Below, one piece after another: positions 34,254 to 43,516 of a DNA stretch of 64,000 nucleotides; within the stretch, counting starts at the first letter, position 1; every line of letters starts with the position of its first letter. The notes under the pieces are model-generated. The model was not told the origin of the DNA and did no database searches. It saw nothing but the letters and a program-made list of their open reading frames with translations. Source of the stretch: an uncultured Dehalococcoidales bacterium (lineage in GTDB: Bacteria > Chloroflexota > UBA6077 > FW602-bin22); the NCBI GenBank assembly GCA_964536925.1, contig CAZHZF010000010.1:904-64903 (forward strand), read 5' to 3'. Made by a program: the position numbers and the translations under genes.

Positions 34254-34310
34254 CACATTTCGCTGGCTCAGCGGCGGCGACGCCGGCTGTGAATCCTGTG
34301 GAGGTCACAA

Positions 34311-34550
34311 GTGGCTGAGGACACCTTCCCCCGCGTCAAGAAGATCATCGTCGAGCAGCTGGGCGTCGAGGAGGATGAAGTCATCCCGACTGCCTCCTTC
34401 GTCGAGGACCTGAACGCCGACTCCCTGGACCTGGTCGAACTGATCATGTCCTTCGAGGAGGAGTTCGGTATGGAGATCTCGGATGAAGAGGCCCAGAAGA
34501 TCGTCTCCGTACAGGACGCGGTGGACTACATCACCGAACATCTCGACTGA
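34311..34550 (+). CDS. acpP: acyl carrier protein
   Basis: 79 aa, [13 protein letters not shown] phosphopantetheine site. GGAGG upstream of GTG. Confidence 0.95.
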   Translation: MAEDTFPRVKKIIVEQLGVEEDEVIPTASFVEDLNADSLDLVELIMSFEEEFGMEISDEEAQKIVSVQDAVDYITEHLD

Positions 34551-34551
34551 T

Positions 34552-34578
34552 CGCCGCACCGGGCGATCCGGCGGTTTT
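34552..34578 (+). terminator. weak hairpin + TTTT after acpP
   Basis: cgccgcaCCGGgcgatCCGGcgg followed by ttttggttgg. The stem is imperfect. Confidence 0.3.
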
Positions 34579-34638
34579 GGTTGGCCCCCCGCGGAGTCAG
34601 TCCTTACACTCCGTGCGGTATGAGGGCCTTGCGGCACG

Positions 34639-35463
34639 ATGTTTAACATCGGGCCGGTCGAGTTCATCGTCATCGTCGTTCTGGCGCTGGTGGTGTTCGG
34701 CCCGGAGAAGTTGCCCGACCTCATGCGCGGCGCCGGGCAGGCGATCCGGGAGTTCCAGCGCGCGTCGCGAGAACTGACCGAGGTCTTCCAGGAGACCCAG
34801 GAACAGTTCACTGAAGTCATCCACGATACGCGGGAGGAGTTCAGTCAGGCGCTGTCGCTCGATGAGCCGCTGATGACGAGTTCGTCCTCCGCGGGCGCCG
34901 CCACAGGTCCCGCCGCAACGGAGTCCACAGCGACAGCCGCCCAACAGACCGAGGATCTGGTACCCGTCGAAAGCGAGGTCGCGATCACCGCGAACGCCCC
35001 ACCGCCGCCACGCGAGATGGAAACCGCGGCGGGAATGCTGGATGATGTTGTCGCGCTCGACCCAGAACCAGCCTCCGTGAACGGCATCGCGGAGCACGCC
35101 TCGGCGTTGCCGCCGGTCGCCCCGGCGTCGCCGGGCGTCAGCGCGGCGGTCGCCGCACGCAGGCCGCGGCGCCGCAAGGCCGAACAGCCGGCCACACCGG
35201 TGGATGAAGGGCACGCGCCCGGGGACTCCACATCCAACGGTGCAGGGGGCGAGGACTCTTCTCCCGACATGAAGCCGGTCGGCCCGGGCGCGCGACGCGG
35301 TCGACGGGTGCCAGAGGCGAGCGCGAGCACGGGAGACGCTGCGGCGCCTGCAATCGGCTCGGCCGCGGGTGATACGGGCCATCCCCGGGTGCCGGAAGGC
35401 GCCGCGCTGTCCGCGCCGCGCTCGCGCCGCCGGGCCGCGGCTCCCCCCGAGGCAGGCGCCTGA
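34639..35463 (+). CDS. tatA: Sec-independent translocase TatA/TatB-family protein with long low-complexity tail
   Basis: MFNIGPVEFIVIVVLALVVFGPEKLP + amphipathic helix, then ~200 aa rich in A/P/S/G/E. Confidence 0.8.
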   Translation: MFNIGPVEFIVIVVLALVVFGPEKLPDLMRGAGQAIREFQRASRELTEVFQETQEQFTEVIHDTREEFSQALSLDEPLMTSSSSAGAATGPAATESTATAAQQTEDLVPVESEVAITANAPPPPREMETAAGMLDDVVALDPEPASVNGIAEHASALPPVAPASPGVSAAVAARRPRRRKAEQPATPVDEGHAPGDSTSNGAGGEDSSPDMKPVGPGARRGRRVPEASASTGDAAAPAIGSAAGDTGHPRVPEGAALSAPRSRRRAAAPPEAGA

Positions 35464-36245
35464 TGTCGTTCCTCGATCGCGTACGGGTCGGCCCCCTGGC
35501 GCCGCTTCCCCCTGAGGAGACCGCCGAAGAGGCCGAGGAAGAACTCCAGCTAACTCTGGTCGAGCACCTCTCCGAGCTTCGGGGCCGCATCCTGGCCTCC
35601 GTGATCGGACTGGTGGTGACCACGGCAGTCGCCTTTCTGTTCACCCCCTGGCTGGTCGGGGTACTGCTCGCGCCCGCGCCCGCCTCGCTCCGCGAGCGCG
35701 GCCTCATTTTCACCGAGCCAACTGAGGCCTTCTTCACCTACTTCCAGATCGCCCTCTATGCCGGGGTGGGGCTGGCATCCCCATGGCTTCTCTTCCAGAT
35801 CGGTCGATTTGTCTTCCCCGCGCTGACGAAGCGTGAGAAGGCGATGTTCTGGCGATTTCTGCCCCTTTCTTTCATCTGTTTCTGCGCGGGAGTAACGTTC
35901 GGCTACACGATCACGCTTCCGTTCGCTCTCCGGTATCTTCTGGATTTCACCATTGGCGGTCTGCTCACGCCCTACATCACCGTGGGCAACTACATGGGCT
36001 TTGTGACCGCGATCGTGTTCTGGATGGGTATCGCGTTCCAGACCCCCTTAATCGTACTGTTCCTCACAAAGATCAACGTGGTGACAGTGCCGCGACTCGT
36101 CGCCTTTCGCAAGTATGCCGTCCTGGGCGCATTCGTTATCGCGGCCCTGATCACGCCAACCCCGGATCCCCTGAACCAGGCGCTGGTCGCGATCCCCCTG
36201 TGGTTTCTGTATGAGACGGGGATCATCCTGGCGCGGATCTTCTGA
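35463..36245 (+). CDS. tatC: Sec-independent translocase TatC
   Basis: LVEHLSELRGRI, six TM segments, typical TatC length. The ATG shares one base with the tatA/B stop (TGATG). Confidence 0.93.
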   Translation: MSFLDRVRVGPLAPLPPEETAEEAEEELQLTLVEHLSELRGRILASVIGLVVTTAVAFLFTPWLVGVLLAPAPASLRERGLIFTEPTEAFFTYFQIALYAGVGLASPWLLFQIGRFVFPALTKREKAMFWRFLPLSFICFCAGVTFGYTITLPFALRYLLDFTIGGLLTPYITVGNYMGFVTAIVFWMGIAFQTPLIVLFLTKINVVTVPRLVAFRKYAVLGAFVIAALITPTPDPLNQALVAIPLWFLYETGIILARIF

Positions 36246-36328
36246 CAACCGACAGCAGCGCGAAAGACCCACTCGCCGAAACAGCGTATCGACTCGCGAG
36301 GCTGCATGCGCTGCTTTCCCCAAGGATT

Positions 36329-36823
36329 GTGGCGCATGAACTGGGCCTGGATCTCGACAGCGCGCGCGCCTACCTCGCCGAGATGGAACGACGCGGCTGG
36401 GTCGGGCCCGTTCTGATCAGTTCCACCGGTGCGCGGGAGTCCCTGGTGAATATCGTTCTGGACGAGTCGCCCAGGCCTTCAGTGACCCTGTCGCCGGTCG
36501 ATCCGCTCTCGGGGCGCCGTGCGGTCGCGCGCGCCGGCGTGCTCGCTCTGGTCGGCATGGTGGGGATGGCTGCACTCGCGTGGATCGGGGCGGGAGAAGC
36601 GATCGCCCGATGGTTCGCGGTGGATGCCGCCTCGCCCTTCGCGGCAGCGCTCGTGCGCTCCGGAACCCCGGCCGCGGCACCGCTCGCGGCATGGGTCACG
36701 GATCAACTCATCGGTCTCGGCGATCCGGAATTGGGAGCGAAGCCCGAAAGACTGCAAGCGGCGATCTGGCAGACCATCGCTCTCGCGAGCGTCCTCGCGG
36801 TCTCGCTATCCCTGCTCCGCTGA
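36329..36823 (+). CDS. hypothetical membrane protein with N-terminal winged-helix-like segment
   Basis: GTG 36329 in the ORF track. The in-frame upstream codons remain open back to a CTG at 36242 that overlaps the tatC stop. The C-terminal half is hydrophobic. Confidence 0.45.
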   Translation: MAHELGLDLDSARAYLAEMERRGWVGPVLISSTGARESLVNIVLDESPRPSVTLSPVDPLSGRRAVARAGVLALVGMVGMAALAWIGAGEAIARWFAVDAASPFAAALVRSGTPAAAPLAAWVTDQLIGLGDPELGAKPERLQAAIWQTIALASVLAVSLSLLR

Positions 36824-37354
36824 GGAGGAGATCGTCACCGCGACGCACCGGCAACCGCCGGAGCACTGGCACCCATCGATCGGCAGGCGCGGCGCCATCG
36901 CCCGATCGTATCGACCCGCCGCGATGCGACAGATGCGGCACGCACCAGCGTGCGCGCGAATCTCGATGTCCGAGCCATCATCGACGCTGTCCCGGTGGGT
37001 CGCACCGCCCTCCAGACGGGTGCGCCGCCGGACCACCGGGTGATTGGGCGGGGCATCGACCGTATTGGCCTCGGTCTGATCTGGGGTCTCGTCGCGACGA
37101 CGGACAAGCACGCCGCGCTGCCAGCGTGCATCGCAGCGCGGACAGACGTTGTAGGTCGGCGTGCCGATCCAGTACAGGAGCGCGATCGGCAGGATGATGT
37201 AGGCGATCAGACCCAGCCCGGATCGCGCGGGCATGTTCTTGACCCGGCGCAACCCCTGATTGCCGCACCAGGGACACACGTGGTCGGTCCGAACGCCGGA
37301 CCGAACCGTCGGCGGCGTGGGATCGCGATCGGGGTCTGTCTCACCCTGAAACAC
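36806..37354 (-). CDS. hypothetical Cys-rich membrane protein (zinc-ribbon-like)
   Basis: CPWCG ... TM (LGLIAYIILPIALLYWI) ... CPRCD, and a C-terminal CRICR...GCQCSGGCRC. Confidence 0.5.
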   Translation of the reverse strand: MFQGETDPDRDPTPPTVRSGVRTDHVCPWCGNQGLRRVKNMPARSGLGLIAYIILPIALLYWIGTPTYNVCPRCDARWQRGVLVRRRDETPDQTEANTVDAPPNHPVVRRRTRLEGGATHRDSVDDGSDIEIRAHAGACRICRIAAGRYDRAMAPRLPIDGCQCSGGCRCVAVTISSSAEQG

Positions 37355-37356
37355 GG

Positions 37357-38016
37357 TTATCGCACCGGAGGCACAGGCGGACCTGCCGTCTCACGCCTGG
37401 GGGCAGAACCGCCCGCCAGAGCGTCTCGGGGGGTCAGGCACGCTTCGAGCGCGGCGAAAACATTCGCGTGCTCCCGCCGCCCTTCCCAGGGGGTGATCCA
37501 CGCCGCCACAAGCGCCTGCCAGGCGACGTCGATGCGTAGCCCGTGCCCATCCGTATCGCCGCTGCCGAGGCGATGGCGGTCCTCGCCGGGATCGACCCAG
37601 GATGCGAGCGCCCATCCGAGAGTGAACAACGTCTGAAAGTACTCTTCGTATGCATCCAGCACCCGAAGTTCGCCGCGCGTGGCCGGCCCACTGAGCAGCG
37701 CCGCGAGTTCGTCCATGTGGCCACGCATACGCGGTTCGAGCTGCGTGTTGCGCTGCTCCCAGCGCTGGTGGCGCGCGAACGCCGTGGCCCAGTTGCGCCA
37801 GATGATACGCGCGCGCGCTGCTATCGGCTGCGTGGCCCATCGCTCGGCGAGGAAGGTGTTGCGGCCGCTCCGATCCACGTTCTCTCGCGCGGTCCGGAGC
37901 AAGCCGAGGCGCAGAGGGCCCACGGGAGCGGAGAGGCCGGCGACGGCCGTGGCCCCCAGGTCAAGCGTCGCGGACCTGACACGAGTCACCACCTCGTGCG
38001 GCGATTCCTGACTCAC
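37357..38016 (-). CDS. hypothetical protein (219 aa)
   Basis: 4-nt overlap with the SDR stop and 2-nt spacing to the next gene. Trp-rich helical sequence. No family recognised. Confidence 0.5.
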   Translation of the reverse strand: MSQESPHEVVTRVRSATLDLGATAVAGLSAPVGPLRLGLLRTARENVDRSGRNTFLAERWATQPIAARARIIWRNWATAFARHQRWEQRNTQLEPRMRGHMDELAALLSGPATRGELRVLDAYEEYFQTLFTLGWALASWVDPGEDRHRLGSGDTDGHGLRIDVAWQALVAAWITPWEGRREHANVFAALEACLTPRDALAGGSAPRRETAGPPVPPVR

Positions 38017-38795
38017 GCGGTGAGAGCGGGCCAGGGATTACCGGCGAGGAACCCCCCATCAACCGCGAAAGTCTGACCTGTGATGTAGTCCGAGGCTGGG
38101 CTTGCGAGGTAAACCGCGAGGTGGCCGATGTCGGCCGGAGTCCCGAAACTACCGCGCGGTACGTGCTCTTCCACCCACTGTCGCCGCGACGGCACCATCG
38201 TCGCGGTCATGGGCGTCTCGATCCACCCCGGTGCGATCGCGTTGACCTGGATATCGTGCTTGGCCCATTCGACCGCCATGTAGCGGGTCATGCCGACGAC
38301 GCCCGTCTTGGCGATTCCGTAGAGAGCGATGTCGGAGAATCCTCGGTACGAGGTCATCGACGCGATGTGGATGACCTTCCCGCCCCCGTGCGAACTCATG
38401 TGCCGCCCGGCCGCCTGACCGACAAAGAACGCGCCCCGTAGCTGAACGTCCAGCACGAAGTTCCAGTCGTCAAGCGTCACATCCAGGATCGGGCGGCGAC
38501 GCTGGTTGCCCGCCACGTTCACCACAATGTCGAGACCACCGAGATGCTGGATGGACTGTTCGAAGGCCGGGCCGATCTGGTCGAGACGAGAGATGTCGAA
38601 CGGGACCACATGTGCCCGACGCCCGAGGGCCTCAACCCGTGCCTGCACGCGGCAGAGATCATCCATACCGCGGGACAGGAGGGCCAGGTCCGCACCGGCA
38701 CCGGCGAGCGCCAGGGCGATCCCTTCGCCGATGCCATGGCTCGCGCCCGTGACGATCGCACGCTTGCCCGCCAGCGAGAAGGGGTGGCCCTGCAT
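38013..38795 (-). CDS. short-chain dehydrogenase/reductase (SDR)
   Basis: TGASHGIGEG cofactor motif, Y-x3-K (YGIAK), NAIAPG. Confidence 0.9.
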   Translation of the reverse strand: MQGHPFSLAGKRAIVTGASHGIGEGIALALAGAGADLALLSRGMDDLCRVQARVEALGRRAHVVPFDISRLDQIGPAFEQSIQHLGGLDIVVNVAGNQRRRPILDVTLDDWNFVLDVQLRGAFFVGQAAGRHMSSHGGGKVIHIASMTSYRGFSDIALYGIAKTGVVGMTRYMAVEWAKHDIQVNAIAPGWIETPMTATMVPSRRQWVEEHVPRGSFGTPADIGHLAVYLASPASDYITGQTFAVDGGFLAGNPWPALTA

Positions 38796-39424
38796 CAGCG
38801 CTCGCCTGCCACGGCGAAAGTCAGCCCACGCAGGCGCTCTGGCAACGCGGCTTCGTGCGCCGCGATCCGCGATTCATGCGTCAGAGTGATCCCGATGTCA
38901 TCGAGGCCATTGAGGAGGAGATGCTTCCGATACGGATCGACATCGAACGGCGCGATCACACCCTCCTCGTCCGAGACCGTCTGCGCATCGAGATCGACCG
39001 AGACGCGATACCCGGGTCGTTCCTTCGCGCGAGCCAGGATCTCATCGATGACGGCCTCGGGCAGAACCACCGGCAGAAGCCCGTTCTTGAAGCAGTTGTT
39101 GAAGAAGATGTCGGCATAGCTCGGCGCGAGAATGGCCCGGATCCCGAGGTCCTGCAGCGCCCACGGGGCGTGCTCCCGCGATGAGCCGCACCCGAAGTTC
39201 CGTCGCGAGACCAGGATCGACGCCCCAGCATAGCGGGGCTCGTTCAGTTCGAACGACGGATCGAGCGACCCATCCGGACGATAGCGCCAGTCGAAGAACG
39301 CGAACTCGCCAAAGCCCGTTCGCTCGATCCGCTTCAGAAACTGCTTGGGAATGATCTGATCGGTATCGACATCCACCCGGTCGAGTGGCGCGACGATTCC
39401 GGTCTCCTGTCGAAACGGCTGCAA
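38795..39424 (-). CDS. leuD: 3-isopropylmalate dehydratase small subunit
   Basis: [29 protein letters not shown]. Confidence 0.95.
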   Translation of the reverse strand: MQPFRQETGIVAPLDRVDVDTDQIIPKQFLKRIERTGFGEFAFFDWRYRPDGSLDPSFELNEPRYAGASILVSRRNFGCGSSREHAPWALQDLGIRAILAPSYADIFFNNCFKNGLLPVVLPEAVIDEILARAKERPGYRVSVDLDAQTVSDEEGVIAPFDVDPYRKHLLLNGLDDIGITLTHESRIAAHEAALPERLRGLTFAVAGER

Positions 39425-39442
39425 TGTCTTCCCTCCTCGGAC

Positions 39443-40849
39443 CTATGACCAGTGACGCACATCGACGAACCGCCCGGCGATCGCGGCTGCCGCGGCGGTC
39501 TCTGGCGAACAGAGATGGGTACGACCGCCCTTGCCCTGTCGCCCCTCGAAATTGCGATTCGATGTCGATGCGCACCGCTCTCCGGGACTGAGGATGTCCG
39601 GGTTCATCCCCAGGCACATCGAACACCCCGCCTCGCGCCATTCGAAACCCGCCTCGCGGAAGACGGCATCGAGTCCCTCGCGTTCCGCTTGCCGCTTCAC
39701 CAGCATCGACCCGGGGACCACCATCGCGTGGACGCGGGAGGAAATGCGTCGGCCACGCACGATACTCGCGGCGGCGCGCAGATCCTCGATGCGTGCGTTG
39801 GTGCACGAGCCGATGAAGACGCGATCGAGCGCGATTTCCGCGATAGGTACGCCTGGCTCGAGGCCCATGTAATCGAATGCGCGCTCGTAAGCCCGGCGAT
39901 CTGACTCCGACGGCGCCTCATCGAGCGTGGGCGCGCGTCCGGTCACCGGCGCGACCATCCCGGGGTTCGTTCCCCACGTGATATGCGGAACGAGGTCGGA
40001 AGCATCTACAAGGACCTGGCGGTCGTACGACGCGCCCGCGTCCGTCGCCAGCGCGAGCCATTCCGCGCTGAGCCGTTCGAATTCCGCTCCGCGCGGAAGG
40101 TTCGGCCGCGCCCGGAGATAGTCGATCGTCGTCCGATCCGGCGCGATCATCCCCGCTCGCCCCCCGCCCTCGATCGACATATTACAGACGGTCATGCGCC
40201 CCTCCATCGAGAGGGATCGGATGGCGGGACCGGTGTATTCGATGGCGTGTCCGGCGGCCCCGCCGACACCGATTCTCCCGATGATCGCGAGGATGAGATC
40301 CTTCGCCGTCACGCCCCGGGCGAGAGCCCCATCGCACCGGATCTCGAGCGTCTTCGGGCGCGCTTGCGGCAGCGTCTGTGTCGCCAGCACGTGCTCGACT
40401 TCCGATGTACCGATCCCGAATGCCAGTGATCCGAACGCACCGTGCGTCGAGGTGTGGGAGTCGCCACACACGATCGTCATCCCGGGCTGCGTGAGGCCGA
40501 GTTCGGGACCGATCACATGAACGATCCCCTGTCGCGCACTGTGGATGCCAAAGAGCGGGATGCCGAACTCAGCGCAGTTCCGCTCAAGGGCATCGATCTG
40601 CCGGCGAGAGACCTCATCCTCGATCGGAAGCGAACGATCGGTCGTCGGTACGTTGTGATCGACCGTTGCGATCGTCAGGTCGGGGCGGCGCACGGTGCGC
40701 CCGGTCAGGCGAAGGCCGTCGAACGCCTGTGGAGACGTCACTTCGTGGACGAGATGCAGATCGATGTAGAGGAGGGCCGGCTGCCCGGGTTCCTCGACGA
40801 TCACGTGTGAATCCCAGATCTTCTGGAAGAGTGTGCGCGGAACGGCCAT
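39443..40849 (-). CDS. leuC: 3-isopropylmalate dehydratase large subunit
   Basis: CGDSHT, GSCTN and CSMCLGMN cluster ligands. AAGGAGG lies 5 nt before the ATG. Confidence 0.97.
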   Translation of the reverse strand: MAVPRTLFQKIWDSHVIVEEPGQPALLYIDLHLVHEVTSPQAFDGLRLTGRTVRRPDLTIATVDHNVPTTDRSLPIEDEVSRRQIDALERNCAEFGIPLFGIHSARQGIVHVIGPELGLTQPGMTIVCGDSHTSTHGAFGSLAFGIGTSEVEHVLATQTLPQARPKTLEIRCDGALARGVTAKDLILAIIGRIGVGGAAGHAIEYTGPAIRSLSMEGRMTVCNMSIEGGGRAGMIAPDRTTIDYLRARPNLPRGAEFERLSAEWLALATDAGASYDRQVLVDASDLVPHITWGTNPGMVAPVTGRAPTLDEAPSESDRRAYERAFDYMGLEPGVPIAEIALDRVFIGSCTNARIEDLRAAASIVRGRRISSRVHAMVVPGSMLVKRQAEREGLDAVFREAGFEWREAGCSMCLGMNPDILSPGERCASTSNRNFEGRQGKGGRTHLCSPETAAAAAIAGRFVDVRHWS

Positions 40850-40869
40850 GAAACCTCCTTCGGGTATTA

Positions 40870-41076
40870 TTGAACGGGGGCGAAGTGATGTGCGATAGCG
40901 CTGAAGGCAACTACGTCTGGTCTGTGCGCGAGCGCACCTCGGGCCGAGCGATCTGCTCTGCAGAGGGGTACCCTTTCAACTTCTCATCTGAGGAGGATGC
41001 CCGCGCGTTCGCAACGCGCTTTCCAGCGGGGTCGGTGACAATCGCCCGCGCTCACGAACCGGGATCGACACGATGA
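40870..41076 (+). CDS. hypothetical small protein (62-68 aa)
   Basis: TTG 40870 or ATG 40888. Its stop overlaps the next start (ATGA). Confidence 0.35.
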   Translation: MNGGEVMCDSAEGNYVWSVRERTSGRAICSAEGYPFNFSSEEDARAFATRFPAGSVTIARAHEPGSTR

Positions 41077-41393
41077 GTTGGTCCGCGACAGGGCGGCCGT
41101 CGCCCAGCGACTCGGTGCGCCTGGATATCGGCCAGATCGTGATTGCCGGACTGCAGTCGAGCGCTCGGCGAACCAGGCTCTTCGGAGAACTGGCGATCGA
41201 CCTTGCCCGACAGCGGCGGCCACCCCTGGCGGCCGTGCTCGCGTACCTCGATGGCAACGAGGCGGAGATCGAGGAACTGATGCTGCGGTGGCGCCTTGCT
41301 GGCGTTCGCTGGCCGCTCCTGGCCCTGATCGCCTTCGCGAGTGTTCTCAGCTATATGCGTGGACGCCGGGACGGGCGCCGCGCCCGAAGCTAA
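41073..41393 (+). CDS. hypothetical protein with C-terminal TM helix (106 aa)
   Basis: ATGA coupling to the previous ORF, high third-position GC, TM WPLLALIAFASVLSY. Confidence 0.45.
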   Translation: MSWSATGRPSPSDSVRLDIGQIVIAGLQSSARRTRLFGELAIDLARQRRPPLAAVLAYLDGNEAEIEELMLRWRLAGVRWPLLALIAFASVLSYMRGRRDGRRARS

Positions 41394-41395
41394 CC

Positions 41396-42493
41396 TCAGA
41401 ACGTCGTCGCGAGGTCGAGTGTCCTCCCGCTGCGGGCAGACTCGATCGACTTGATCATGATCTCCAGGGCGTGCCGGGCATGCTCGGCGCTGAGAATCGG
41501 TCGGACGCCCTCGCTCACGCAATCCACGAGGTGTTCCACCACAATCGCACGCGCGATCTCGCGCCGATGCACGGCCGTGCTCTCGAACGCGCGGAGTCGC
41601 GGCTGAATCCATCCATCGACCCCCGGCAGCGCATCCAGGCGGAAGATCTCGAGCGGCGTCGCGTCGGTCACGTTGTCGTTGTTCAAGACGATGGTGCCTG
41701 CCCGGCCGAAGATCTCAATCTGGGGACTGCGTGACGCGTTGACGTTGAATGTCCCATCCACCACGGCAAAGGTGGAGCCGCCGAAATCGAGCATCAGAAG
41801 CGTGTTGTCATCGGCCGTGACGTCGATCTTCTTGCCCTTGAATGGGCCGCCTCGCACGTAGCGGGTCGGCTCGGTGATCCCCGAGAAGGCGACGACACGC
41901 TGTGCTGGCCCCAGGATGCCCGTGATGTCGTGGATGCCGTAAACGCCCATATCGAAGAGCGGCCCGGAGCCTTCCTGGTAGAACCAGGTCGGATCGAGCG
42001 GCCAGTTACCCGCGGCCGGCCCGCCGTGCGAACTTCGGACGCGGGCGAACGCCACCTTACCGATCGCCCCTTCGGCGACAAGGCGCTTCGCCTCCTGCCG
42101 GTTCGGCAGGATCATATTCGGCGGCGCGACAACAACCGTCAGGTTCCGCTCGGCAGCGAGGCGTATGATCGCGTCAGCCTCCGCCATGGTGGTGGCGATC
42201 GGTTTCTCGACGATGACGTGGCGACCGGAATCGAGGATCTCCAGGCAGGTCTTGCCATGGAACGGAATGGGCGTGAGGTTCAGGACCGCCTCGACATCGG
42301 AACGCTCGAGCATCTCGGAGAGTTCGCTGTAGTGGGTCTTGAAGCCGTACTCGGCGCTCACTGCCTTTACCCGGTCGGTCACCGGGTCGCAGGCGGCCTC
42401 CAGGGTCACCTTGTGTGAGAGCTTCCGCATGCCTCCCAGATAGCCGATCGGTGAGGTCGCGATGACCCCGGTCCCGAGAACTCCGAACTTCAC
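41396..42493 (-). CDS. Gfo/Idh/MocA family oxidoreductase
   Basis: MKFGVLGTGVIA Rossmann start and a family-typical EKP motif (VIVEKPIA). Confidence 0.88.
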   Translation of the reverse strand: MKFGVLGTGVIATSPIGYLGGMRKLSHKVTLEAACDPVTDRVKAVSAEYGFKTHYSELSEMLERSDVEAVLNLTPIPFHGKTCLEILDSGRHVIVEKPIATTMAEADAIIRLAAERNLTVVVAPPNMILPNRQEAKRLVAEGAIGKVAFARVRSSHGGPAAGNWPLDPTWFYQEGSGPLFDMGVYGIHDITGILGPAQRVVAFSGITEPTRYVRGGPFKGKKIDVTADDNTLLMLDFGGSTFAVVDGTFNVNASRSPQIEIFGRAGTIVLNNDNVTDATPLEIFRLDALPGVDGWIQPRLRAFESTAVHRREIARAIVVEHLVDCVSEGVRPILSAEHARHALEIMIKSIESARSGRTLDLATTF

Positions 42494-43407
42494 GATCCAT
42501 CCCCTTCGCGATCTTTGCGACGTCGCAGGAACTCCTCGAGCGACCGCACCACTTCCTCACCAGAAGGCAGGTCGGCCGGGGGCTCGGGAACGCCCGCCGC
42601 CTCATCCACCGGAGGCGCATCGTCCCGTTCTTCCAGTTGCCGCACGTACGCCTGGGCATCCTTGTCGCGCGCGATCGCCTCTCCCACCTGGCGCTCGAAG
42701 TCCACGACGCTCTCTTCGAGCGGCGCCAGATCGAGTCCCAGATCCAGCAGCGTATCGAGTCGTCGCAGCATCGCGCGGGCGACCTTGGGATTCGGCGTGT
42801 GATTGATGTAGTGCGGGACGTTTCCCCACAGCGATACCGACGGCAGTTCACGCGCTCGCGCGGCCTGCCCGAGGATGCCGAGGACGCCCGTGGGGCCCTC
42901 GTAACGGGAACTGCGGACGTTCAGGCGGCCCAGACGTTCCGCCAGGTGCGGCTCCGTCGCCCCACCCGTGAGACGCACCGATCTCGTATGCGGCACATCG
43001 GCGAGCAGGCCGCCGACCGTCACCAGGAGCGGCACGCGGAACTCGTCGATCTGGTTCAAGATGGTGTCGACGAACACTCGCCATCTGAGATGCGGCTCGG
43101 TCCCGATCACGAGGATCAAGTCGCGCCCCGAACCGCGCGCTTCCCGGCAGTAAAACGTGTTGGCCGGCCACTCGATGCGCCGCTGGTTCCCGTCCGCGAT
43201 GCGCACCGTCGGCCGCAGCTCCGTGAACACGAAGAAAGTCTCCGGATCGACATCTGCGTATGGCTCGACGTGCAGGGCATCGGCGATGAATCGCAGCGAG
43301 TGGGTCGCTACCTCCGCGGCATCGTTCCACCCGCTGAGGGCAACTAGCATCGTCGGCTCGCGCAGATCCGGCGCCCGGCGTCGACGGAACCACTCCACAG
43401 CCGGCAT
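42490..43407 (-). CDS. PAC2 (proteasome assembly chaperone 2-like) family protein
   Basis: LVALSGWNDAAEVAT..., YEGPTGVLGIL, NVPHYI. Pattern recalled from actinobacterial PAC2 proteins. Confidence 0.7.
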   Translation of the reverse strand: MPAVEWFRRRRAPDLREPTMLVALSGWNDAAEVATHSLRFIADALHVEPYADVDPETFFVFTELRPTVRIADGNQRRIEWPANTFYCREARGSGRDLILVIGTEPHLRWRVFVDTILNQIDEFRVPLLVTVGGLLADVPHTRSVRLTGGATEPHLAERLGRLNVRSSRYEGPTGVLGILGQAARARELPSVSLWGNVPHYINHTPNPKVARAMLRRLDTLLDLGLDLAPLEESVVDFERQVGEAIARDKDAQAYVRQLEERDDAPPVDEAAGVPEPPADLPSGEEVVRSLEEFLRRRKDREGDGS

Positions 43408-43487
43408 TATAGGAACGCCCGTCCCGGCTCACCGCCGGTGCTGGGCAGATCGAAAGCGTCTATTCGTGAGCATCTCGATCAAGTAGC

Positions 43488-43493
43488 TATACT
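43488..43493 (+). promoter_or_regulatory. -10-like TATACT upstream of the rhodanese gene
   Basis: Lies 11 nt before the GGAGG Shine-Dalgarno. No clear -35. Confidence 0.3.
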
Positions 43494-43516
43494 ATGCAGC
43501 CCTCGGAGGTGTGACC

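Noticed and set aside
32577-34256. Long ORFs antisense or out of frame to clearly identified genes. Examples: 32577..34256(-), 60013..61338(+), 61635..63170(-), 6573..7988(-), 8947..10044(-), 15101..16177(-), 18046..19029(-), 20695..22032(+), 28574..29512(-), 42637..43347(+).
   Set aside because: All overlap strong homology-supported genes. Their translations are Arg/Pro/Gly-rich with no motifs, as expected for stop-poor shadow frames in high-GC DNA.
40850-40900. A T-box or leader-peptide attenuator upstream of leuC.
   Set aside because: Only a strong AAGGAGG and an AT-rich patch are present. The spacer is too short for a T-box, and there is no Leu-rich mini-ORF.
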